Positions 8,071 to 14,836 of a stretch of 32,000 nucleotides of DNA are shown here, in pieces. Each line of letters starts with the position of its first letter. The first letter of the stretch is position 1. A program made the translations under genes and the position numbers. This stretch comes from Candidatus Scalindua sp. GTDB taxonomy: Bacteria; Planctomycetota; Brocadiia; Brocadiales; Scalinduaceae. The DNA lies in NCBI GenBank assembly GCA_031316235.1, contig JALDRA010000001.1:2100001-2132000 (forward strand), given 5' to 3'. The notes under the pieces were generated by a model, which had not been told where the DNA came from, did not search any database, and worked only from the letters and a program-made list of their open reading frames with translations.

Positions 8071-8409
8071 TTTGTTTTTCTCCTTTTAAAATAATCACTT
8101 TTACGTTCCTCTGCTACCTTAATCGCACTTTTAGGAGTCTTTTGAGATTTTTTCTGGAATCCATAAGCCAAAACCACCAAAGTCGAACCATCATAGAAGC
8201 CAAGAAACCGAAATATATTTGATCCGAATATGATACGTACCTCCCAGATATCATCACTATTTTTCAATTTTTTGAAATAATGAGACGGAACTATGTCGAG
8301 TTCCTCTACTAAACTCAATACCCATGCAACTTTTTGAAGATAGCGTGTTAAGAAAATCCTTTACAGGGTTTTTCCCTGACGCTGTTTTGTAAAATATAAT
8401 TTCTCGCAC
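8067..8409 (-). pseudogene. Gp49-like (HigB/RelE-fold, phage-derived) toxin, disrupted by a frameshift in an A5/T5 run
   Basis: GTG at 8409 gives MREIIFYKTASGKNPVKDFLNTLSSK. After the T5 run at 8331-8335 the family sequence continues in another frame (..KVAWVLSLVEELDIVPSHYFKKL..IWEVRIIFGSNIFRFLGFY..VVLAYGFQKKSQKTP). Confidence 0.7.
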
Positions 8410-8414
8410 GCACA

Positions 8415-8440
8415 ATATGTTAACATACGTGTTAACATAT
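8415..8440. promoter_or_regulatory. Putative TA operator: two TGTTAACAT boxes 12 bp apart
   Basis: ATATGTTAACATACGTGTTAACATAT lies 6-31 nt upstream of the toxin GTG. Each box contains the palindrome GTTAAC. Confidence 0.45.
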
Positions 8441-8566
8441 TCAAGAGAGAAAGTTTGTGTTAGATTGAGGATAGTGATTGATAGTCTTAATTTTGTTCAT
8501 AAGAAGTGATAATACGAGAGATGATTCCTCACATAAAATAAGGATGACAAAATCCGAAAACATTTT

Positions 8567-8591
8567 AAATAAGTATGGTGTCCCCAGATTA
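8567..8591 (+). repeat. DR25 direct repeat, right copy (aaataagtatggtgtccccagatta)
   Basis: See 7703-7727. Confidence 0.8.
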
Positions 8592-8717
8592 ATGTAGAAG
8601 TTTCTCATGGGCCTTATCATGGGCCCCGTCATGGGCTTTCTCTAATTTTTTTAACGCAATATCTTTCCACTCATGAGCGCTTAGCAGTTTTAAGAGTTCC
8701 TTTTCATTCATACTCAT
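8589..8717 (-). pseudogene. N-terminal remnant of an AlbA_2/AAA-4-type regulator, running into a short tandem repeat
   Basis: MSMNEKELLKLLSAHEWKDI.. resembles the N-terminus of the 468-aa protein at 16730-18136 (MTEKELLIKLEEF..). The frame then reads through three tandem CATGGGCC units (8607-8637). Confidence 0.3.
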
Positions 8718-8736
8718 TGAACAACTTTTTCTTTAA

Positions 8737-8754
8737 CCACAGATGGACACTGAT
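8737..8754 (+). repeat. Inverted repeat, left arm, flanking the GxxExxY gene
   Basis: ccacagatggacactgat versus the reverse complement of 9199-9216 (ccacagatggacacagat): 17 of 18 match. Confidence 0.7.
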
Positions 8755-8826
8755 TCACACAGATAATATTTTTAATAATTCTGTTTTTCGATAATACAAA
8801 ATCCGTGTCTAACTGTGTCCTTTTCT

Positions 8827-9210
8827 TCATAAGATGATTCTCTCCCCTTCAAGTTTGGCATGTTTAAAGTTTAATACCAGCCCTACTCTCAACCCGATAA
8901 TCTTTAGATAATTGATGATTTGAGCTATTTCGTTATTGCCAATTTTCTCAATGACCTTGATATCAACAATAATTTTATCAAAAGCAATCAGATCGGAGAT
9001 ATATTCACCAACTTGTACAGATTTATAAATTACCGGTAACCGTACCTGTTGCTGAAACGGTATTTGTTTTATACCAAATTCAACAACAATTGCATTTTCA
9101 TAGGGTTTTTCAAGAAGACAATGACCAAGTGTGTTCAAAACTTCAAATGCACATCCAATAATCTGATGCGTTTCTTCCTTATACAAAAATCTGTGCTTAT
9201 CTGTGTCCAT
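8827..9210 (-). CDS. GxxExxY-family protein (PD-(D/E)XK-like superfamily)
   Basis: MDTDKHRFLYKEETHQIIGCAFEVLNTLGHCLLEKPYENAIVVEF..DLIAFDKIIVDIKV..QIINYLKIIGLRVGLVLNF. Start taken at the ATG at 9210; the ORF track extends to 9267. Confidence 0.75.
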   Translation of the reverse strand: MDTDKHRFLYKEETHQIIGCAFEVLNTLGHCLLEKPYENAIVVEFGIKQIPFQQQVRLPVIYKSVQVGEYISDLIAFDKIIVDIKVIEKIGNNEIAQIINYLKIIGLRVGLVLNFKHAKLEGERIIL

Positions 9211-9216
9211 CTGTGG
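9199..9216 (-). repeat. Inverted repeat, right arm, containing the GxxExxY start codon
   Basis: See 8737-8754. Confidence 0.7.
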
Positions 9217-9491
9217 TTCCTCACCCTGATCTAATATCCGCCAGTTCATACCACATATTTTTTCCAACCTCCAATTACTTTCATAAATTACGGGTTAAGG
9301 TCCTGAAAGCTTTGTGGTTTATCGCGGAGCAGATTTATAAGCCAGCTAATAGAAGAAGATTTGTCAGAAACAAACAGAAACACTATATAGAGAATTATAG
9401 GTATTATTGACGGTCATTATATTGTTCATACATCTGAAAAATTAAAAAACCGAAGGTTCTGAATTGAATTCAGGAGCTATTCAGCCAAATT

Positions 9492-9612
9492 AAAAGAATC
9501 TACGTGATGAAATCAAAATAGAAAAATTATAGTTTTAAATCTGTGGCTTTTTAAAACTAGTTTTACCCAGAAACATGTTTCTAAATCATTATGCGGGATT
9601 ATTTGTCAATAG
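9492..9612 (+). repeat. R2 repeat, copy 1 (~121 bp; contains the perfect 14-nt palindrome AGAAACATGTTTCT at 9569-9582)
   Basis: Near-identical to 11400-11520 except for a ~16-nt variable patch. Confidence 0.85.
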
Positions 9613-9638
9613 GTTAGGTTTAACCCCAGCATTCCTTT

Positions 9639-9941
9639 CTATATTGGTTCTTCTGATATCACATTTCGCTGGATCAGTATGGAATTAAACTGATCTCTGG
9701 TCATCGGGCAGTTAATCAGATCTGCCGCTTCCCTGTTGGTTTCCAATCGAAGCTGTTTACGCGTACACAAAAGAAGATCGCCTGCAATGTCTTTTGTCTT
9801 GCTTGAATGCGATATGTATGTATAAACCCCGGTTTCTCGACCTTCATATTCGTGATAGAAATAAATATGGTGACCGCTTGTTTCCTTTCTAAACCCCTTT
9901 TTAGGTAGGTTTTTTATGATGTCATTGCGTTTGACCTTCAT
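9639..9941 (-). CDS. HicA-like (YcfA-type) toxin with a C-terminal extension
   Basis: MKVKRNDIIKNLPKKGFRKETSGHHIYFYH...YISHSSKTKDIAGDLL..KQLRL resembles the HicA core. ATGA overlap with the upstream gene. Confidence 0.5.
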   Translation of the reverse strand: MKVKRNDIIKNLPKKGFRKETSGHHIYFYHEYEGRETGVYTYISHSSKTKDIAGDLLLCTRKQLRLETNREAADLINCPMTRDQFNSILIQRNVISEEPI

Positions 9942-10366
9942 TCATTGATCTTCTGAAAAAATTCCTCATAATACTGCTTCAGTCGTTGCGCATCACCAGT
10001 GACTTGCTCCCAATTCAGCTTTGTGTAATGTCTGTAAAAGTGGATTAATTGTTCACAAAAGGCCTTGATAGCGTTAATCCTGGTTTCTCCGGTAGTAAAA
10101 ATACCAAGATTTTCATTTTCGGCGAAAAAGAGGCTTTCTCCTTTTCGAACCTTAACAGAAACCGGTTTTAAAGAACGGATCACTACCATCGGCGAAGTAA
10201 ATCGCCAAAGTGGTGTATATGCAGCTGCGTGTTGCCGTACACTTTTATCAACATCTAATTCCCGGGCGGTCAGATCTCCTTCCAGAAATCTGGTATAACT
10301 TGAAGGAAAAGAGCTCTGTCGTTCTGCTTTTATTGCATAGCTTTCATCTAATTCAGTTTTTATCAT
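9938..10366 (-). CDS. HicB-like antitoxin-domain protein (no recognisable DNA-binding tail)
   Basis: ..VSVKVRKGESLFFAENENLGIFTTGETRINAIKAFCEQLIHFY resembles the HicB N-terminal fold signature. ATGA overlaps at both ends. Confidence 0.4.
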   Translation of the reverse strand: MIKTELDESYAIKAERQSSFPSSYTRFLEGDLTARELDVDKSVRQHAAAYTPLWRFTSPMVVIRSLKPVSVKVRKGESLFFAENENLGIFTTGETRINAIKAFCEQLIHFYRHYTKLNWEQVTGDAQRLKQYYEEFFQKINE

Positions 10367-11079
10367 ATAGTTTCGCCTTTTAGATATTGACGATACTCAT
10401 CAGTGATATAGTTCTCGAATAAGTTTCTGGCCTGATTATGTGCCTCATTTACTTTATCTCTTATGTTTGAAAATGTGAGTTCTTTAACATTTGCAAAATC
10501 AAAATCCAGTAGTATGGCCTCCTGCTGCTCATCCGAACGTGCTACAGATTCAATCTTCGTGGTGATGGTTCCGTTCGTAACTCTTGAAATAAACGTAAAG
10601 CTGAAATTCTCATATTTTTTCGATACTTCACCGGGTAAATTGAGGTCAAAATTAATAAACTGCTGAAGCGGGACTATGCTATCCTCACGTGTGAATGGAA
10701 TAGCGTTAATGTACCGCCATCCGAGGCGATTTACGAGTTTCAGCGTAAACGTTTCACCAAAAATCTTTGTGAGACGGATAAATTCTTTGATGAATGGTTT
10801 GTGACCTGAATATTCTTTTTCGTAATAGGAAAACCGGTTAATTGCCAGCATAATACCAGAATTTTGATCTTGATTCTCAAATCGATACGTAGGAAGTGCT
10901 CCGGCCAAAAGACCGTCCTTTTGCGGAACGAGAATATATGGATAATTATCCCTGATTTTGTCATAAAATTCATCTGTACGACATATTATGGACAATTCCT
11001 CTGGAAACCGGATCTCGCAAACCACCTCCACCAAGGGTGAATTGGGGTATACTTCTTTTATATCGTATTGTTTTGGCAT
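10363..11079 (-). CDS. TIGR04255-family uncharacterised protein
   Basis: N-terminus ..YPNSPLVEVVCEIRFPE.., then ..RLGWRYINAIPF.. and ..AILLDFDF.. as in TIGR04255 members. First gene of a three-gene translationally coupled set. Confidence 0.65.
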   Translation of the reverse strand: MPKQYDIKEVYPNSPLVEVVCEIRFPEELSIICRTDEFYDKIRDNYPYILVPQKDGLLAGALPTYRFENQDQNSGIMLAINRFSYYEKEYSGHKPFIKEFIRLTKIFGETFTLKLVNRLGWRYINAIPFTREDSIVPLQQFINFDLNLPGEVSKKYENFSFTFISRVTNGTITTKIESVARSDEQQEAILLDFDFANVKELTFSNIRDKVNEAHNQARNLFENYITDEYRQYLKGETI

Positions 11080-11120
11080 TTTTCCTCCTGAAAGAATTAC
11101 TGAATTGTATCAAATTTAGC

Positions 11121-11357
11121 CTAAAACCCCAATCCATTTTTCCTGGCCGGTACGTCGTCTATCAAGCGCTTTTCATCTGTTACAATAAAATGGAGAGCAG
11201 AAAGTGCATTGGCTAATCTCCAGAAAAGTGGATTGCGACCCACTGCTTCCTCAACCAAAAAGCGTTTCAGTGCTTCTCCGCGACCTGCTGCAAAGATAAT
11301 CATGCTCTGGTGAAGGTATCCCCGGACAAAAAGCGCCGAGGACTTAACTTGATTCAT
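11121..11357 (-). pseudogene. Probable C-terminal remnant of a DUF1156/COG1743-type (defence-associated methylase-like) protein
   Basis: ..LHQSMIIFAAGRGEALKRFLVEEAVGRNPLFWRLANALSALH..DEKRLIDDVPARKNGLGF* resembles from memory the tail of that family. Only 78 codons, and the ATG abuts repeat R3. Confidence 0.3.
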
Positions 11358-11363
11358 TTTTTT

Positions 11364-11400
11364 CCGGATTTTATCCTAAATCCATTATGAGATGAGTATA
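11364..11400 (+). repeat. R3 hairpin module (partial, degenerate stem)
   Basis: ccggattttatcctaaatccattatgagatgagtata. Confidence 0.65.
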
Positions 11401-11520
11401 AAAGAATCTACGTGATGAAATCAAAATAGAAAAATTATAGTTTTGAAAGTGGGGTTTTTTTTAACTAGTTTTACCCAGAAACATGTTTCTAAATCATTAT
11501 GCGGGATTATTTGTCAATAG
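11400..11520 (+). repeat. R2 repeat, copy 2 (palindrome AGAAACATGTTTCT at 11477-11490)
   Basis: See 9492-9612. Confidence 0.85.
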
Positions 11521-11720
11521 AATAGGTGACCAAAATATACCCCAATTATTTGCAATATCATTGTCGGGGGAGCTATCGGGAATAAGTTTCCCTGAGCTTG
11601 CAGAAAGATATAAAATAGCAACTTATAAGACGATAACATCAATGAAAGAAAATGGAGAGAGCAGCATAAAGAAAAAAACAATATGCAAGGCTAATGCAGT
11701 CAAGGGGAGATTTGATCCCA
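11521..11720 (+). repeat. R1 repeat, copy C (5'-truncated core, no tail)
   Basis: aataggtgaccaaaatat...cagtcaaggggagatttgatccca. Carries a 1-nt indel relative to copies A/D (aatgaaagaaaatg versus aaatgaaagaaaag). Confidence 0.85.
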
Positions 11721-11741
11721 ATTCCAATTCCTCTGTTTTAC

Positions 11742-12065
11742 TTAAATAATTCTTTCTCCTGTTTTTATTATCTCTCGAATATAAGGATTTGTTTCATCAA
11801 AATCTGTCTTCGCAAATGGATGAGGTTCTATGCGGAGATCAACAATTCTTCTTAGCTTCATTAATGTTGAATCTTCTTCAAAACCATCAAGATCATTCTT
11901 TTCCAGAAAAATAGCCAAATCTATATCGCTTTCACTATTGTAGGTGTTCTTTGCATAAGAACCGTAAAGATATAATCTCCATATCGGTATATGATTTTTT
12001 TTAATAATATCAATGTACTCGTTAATTTTTTTGTAGACTAATTTTTTATCTTTTCGATGAGCCAT
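11742..12065 (-). CDS. Minimal nucleotidyltransferase (MNT) partner of HEPN
   Basis: LYLYGSYAKNTYNSESDIDLAIF (GS..DxD NTase motif). Overlaps the HEPN gene by 28 nt. Confidence 0.85.
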   Translation of the reverse strand: MAHRKDKKLVYKKINEYIDIIKKNHIPIWRLYLYGSYAKNTYNSESDIDLAIFLEKNDLDGFEEDSTLMKLRRIVDLRIEPHPFAKTDFDETNPYIREIIKTGERII

Positions 12066-12430
12066 TTTCTGAAGTCCTTTATTCTGGTAATATAATTTTC
12101 TGTAAATTTTCCGGTTGCCTTTCTATAGAATCTATTTTTATAGTCAGGATATCTTGCTTTAATATTGAAAGTGGTGACATCATCAAGAAAGTCTTCCTGT
12201 TCTTCTGATAAGGTAAGACCTGCTTTTCTGGCTATACTTGACAAATCATGGGAATACGGGATGTCAGTATTTACATTTTTCATGTAATAAGCCTTCAAGA
12301 GTTTTTCAATAACAAGGTGACCAGCAAATAAAGCCCAGGCATAATGCTCGTTGTTAAAAAGACTTTCCATTGCCTGAAAATCATTATCTGAAGAACTAAG
12401 CCAGTATCTTATAATTTCATCTTTTATCAT
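12038..12430 (-). CDS. HEPN domain protein
   Basis: ..DNDFQAMESLFNNEHYAWALFAGHLVIEKLLKAYY..HDL.. About 130 aa, adjacent to MNT. Confidence 0.8.
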   Translation of the reverse strand: MIKDEIIRYWLSSSDNDFQAMESLFNNEHYAWALFAGHLVIEKLLKAYYMKNVNTDIPYSHDLSSIARKAGLTLSEEQEDFLDDVTTFNIKARYPDYKNRFYRKATGKFTENYITRIKDFRKWLIEKIKN

Positions 12431-12621
12431 ATTAATTACTAATTCTTATTGTTTTCGCTGTCTTCAATGTATTCTCTATTTTCCCGTTTATTTACTTATA
12501 GCTTCAGGTTCCATATTGTACTCTCTCACATCATGTATGCCAGTTTTTTTATTTCCGGTACTTTTAAATACAAATATCTTTCCTTATTCACTAATAAAGG
12601 TTTGATGCCCTAAGCTCACTC

Positions 12622-12692
12622 CACCTTAGATTCATGAGACATCTGACTCTTGACACCAATCTTAATATCTTAAAAGGCGACTCTTTGGATCA
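12622..12692 (+). repeat. R5 repeat, copy 1
   Basis: caccttagattcatgagacatctgactcttgacaccaatcttaat..ggcgactctttgg is about 75% identical by eye to 14585-14647. Confidence 0.55.
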
Positions 12693-12834
12693 AATTCCAA
12701 CAGCAATGGTCACACCATAGTGATCCTGTTTTGTATGTATTATGTAAAAGTTGTTAATTGAAAAATGAAGGTCTGGCCCTTTGAGTAAAACTAAAACAAT
12801 TGATTATTTGCCATTACACCTCACAGATTATATA

Positions 12835-13281
12835 TTACCAATTAACGATATCCTCATTATCGCCAGTGCCTCCATTAACTCCATCAGCACCATAGGACAC
12901 GATATCGTAATTTCCATGCTCGCCAGGATACGTATAAATGTATTCTCTACCCCAGGGATCTTTAGGTGTAACACTCTTTTTCAAATAAGGTCCACACCAA
13001 CTCGCTTCTATGTCTGGCTTTATTATTAAAGCGGTTAGTCCTGATTCTGAAGAGGGATATCTACCAGTATCCAGTTTGTACCTATCTAAAGCTGTGGAGA
13101 ACATCTCTATTTGTGCTTTTGAAGCGCTGCACTTATGTGATGTAAGGTAACATGTGCTTGTTAGATTTGGTGCAATTATTAGATAGAAATATCCGAGAAT
13201 ACCTATTACTATTAATGCAAAACAGTACTTTATTTTTCTTCGATTTTTTACCATACCAGAATTCCACTCATATTTTTTCAA
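12835..13281 (-). CDS. gspG: Type II secretion pseudopilin GspG-like protein with a non-canonical N-terminus
   Basis: T2SS-G domain: KAQIEMFSTALDRYKLDTGRYPSSESGLTALI..WCGPYLKK..KDPWGREYIYTYPGEHGNYDIVSYGADGVNGGTGDNEDIVNW. The N-terminus lacks the G/FTLIE prepilin motif. Confidence 0.75.
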   Translation of the reverse strand: MKKYEWNSGMVKNRRKIKYCFALIVIGILGYFYLIIAPNLTSTCYLTSHKCSASKAQIEMFSTALDRYKLDTGRYPSSESGLTALIIKPDIEASWCGPYLKKSVTPKDPWGREYIYTYPGEHGNYDIVSYGADGVNGGTGDNEDIVNW

Positions 13282-13343
13282 AATTTCAATATACCTTTGT
13301 TATTAAATTATCGACCTTTACGAAAGTTATTTAATGAGTTGAT

Positions 13344-13373
13344 TTAATGAGTTTCCGTACGGAAACTCATTAA
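13344..13373. promoter_or_regulatory. Perfect 30-nt palindrome TTAATGAGTTTCCGTACGGAAACTCATTAA
   Basis: 63-92 nt upstream of the gspG-like start. A partial extra half-site ttaatgagtt lies at 13331-13340. Confidence 0.4.
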
Positions 13374-13423
13374 ACTAAAACCGATTTGGTTTTCGGTATT
13401 ACCTGAAACCAGATCTTGGTGAA

Positions 13424-13902
13424 GGTATACTCGCTCAATTTGATCTCGGATTTTATCCGAAAACAATCATGAGATGAGTATATCATATGATAAATCGAGG
13501 AACAAACCCTGATAGAATCTTTTGCAAAGAGGAATGTTATTCTCAACAGAAGAATATGAGATATTTTTAATATCGGTGAAAGTGTATTGTGTCAAACCAG
13601 AATAGGTGACCAAAATATACCCCAATTATTTGCAATATCATTGTCGGGGGAGCTATCGGGATTAAGTTTCCCTGAGCTTGCAGAAAGATATAAAATAGCA
13701 ACTTATAAGACGATAACATCAAATGAAAGAAAAGGTAGGGAGTAGCATAAAGAAAAAAACAATATGCAAAGCTAATGCAGTCAAGGGGAAATTTGACCCC
13801 AAAACCTCACTTTGTACAATCTCCTTTTTATGGGAAATTATATAATGTGTATACGATGTTATGAAACACACAAGCTAATCACTAATCAAGGTTTGACCCC
13901 AA
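13424..13902 (+). repeat. Composite repeat copy D: R3 (13424-13482, stem-loop TCGGATTTTATCCGA 13446-13460), linker, R1 core (13540-13800), tail-A (13801-13902)
   Basis: The linker + core match 30583-30899. Tail-A matches 2850-2966 and 18646-18742. Confidence 0.85.
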
Positions 13903-13953
13903 TTGCTTTATAACTTGAATAATGAAGATGACCTTTGAAATTCAGGTGCTTAA

Positions 13954-14178
13954 TTATTTGGTAGGAATGCCTTGTATCTTTGAAGGACGGCAAACGTACA
14001 TATCAATTTTACGATTAGCTTCTTCATCAAAGAACTGTTCTTTGCAGGAATTGCATTCATCAAAAACAAGATTAGGAACTTTTACTTTGCCATACTTTGT
14101 ATCGAAAGAAAGAGTTCTTTTTACTCGCTTAATCTCGGAGCTATCACATATTGGACACGATTTCCATTTAGATTCCAT
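13954..14178 (-). CDS. YgiT/MqsA-type zinc-ribbon antitoxin (no HTH domain)
   Basis: CPICDSSE...(30 aa)...CNSCKEQFFDEEANRKI, located downstream of the MqsR-like gene. Confidence 0.6.
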   Translation of the reverse strand: MESKWKSCPICDSSEIKRVKRTLSFDTKYGKVKVPNLVFDECNSCKEQFFDEEANRKIDMYVCRPSKIQGIPTK

Positions 14179-14190
14179 GATACAACCTTC

Positions 14191-14499
14191 TCATTCGGAT
14201 ATCTTTGAAGACACAAGGACATAGAATACTTCACCAACTTTTGTCTTTCTTATTGTTCCCTTTGTATAAATCCAAGTCCCACTCAAATTAGGGCTTTCGA
14301 TGATATATAACTTTTCTTTTTTTAGTACTTTTCCAGGACTTTTAGATCGAATAATTTTCTTTATCGCAGTTGCCCTTACAATAGATTCAATAATATCATC
14401 AATTGTTAATCCGTCAAGTAATCTTTCATCCTCTGCCTTTCTTGTAAAAATAAGCTTTCGTGCAATTGATAATCGTTTAATTTTAGAAAGTATATCCAT
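14191..14499 (-). CDS. MqsR-like toxin
   Basis: ..KLIFTRKAEDERLLDGLTIDDIIESI...WIYTKGTIRK..EVFYVLVSSK parallels MqsR (..VRTTRSALLNADELGLDFD...VYLKITVI..LIVSFKEK). Confidence 0.5.
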   Translation of the reverse strand: MDILSKIKRLSIARKLIFTRKAEDERLLDGLTIDDIIESIVRATAIKKIIRSKSPGKVLKKEKLYIIESPNLSGTWIYTKGTIRKTKVGEVFYVLVSSKISE

Positions 14500-14584
14500 G
14501 CGTGATGGATGCTATCAATATTACATGTACTTTTCAAGAAGCTTTTGTTTTAAAGAGGTAAATTGAACAAGGGTAGCCTTGAAT

Positions 14585-14647
14585 ACACCTTTGATTCATG
14601 GGACGGTTCACTCTTGTTACGTATCTTAATAGGCGATCCTTTGAGCA
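14585..14647 (+). repeat. R5 repeat, copy 2
   Basis: See 12622-12692. Confidence 0.55.
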
Positions 14648-14836
14648 TGAGATTTAAATACCCCTCAAATACCCCGAATAAAATGTATTATCACTGATCA
14701 ATGGTGTGCCCATTGGATTACAGAATTCGATTCAAAATACTCTCATATTCTCTCTTTAATACGATTTCGTAAAGTAGTTATTTGCATCATTTAAGCAAGG
14801 ATTGGGTTATTTGTTATAACGAAAGATTTGATAATT

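Noticed and set aside
9613-9619. Integron attC/core site (GTTAGGT fits GTTRRRY at the R2 boundary)
   Set aside because: It is a single 7-mer hit. No intI gene is present, there is no R''/L''-L'/R' imperfect palindrome architecture, and the repeat lengths and families are unlike attC.
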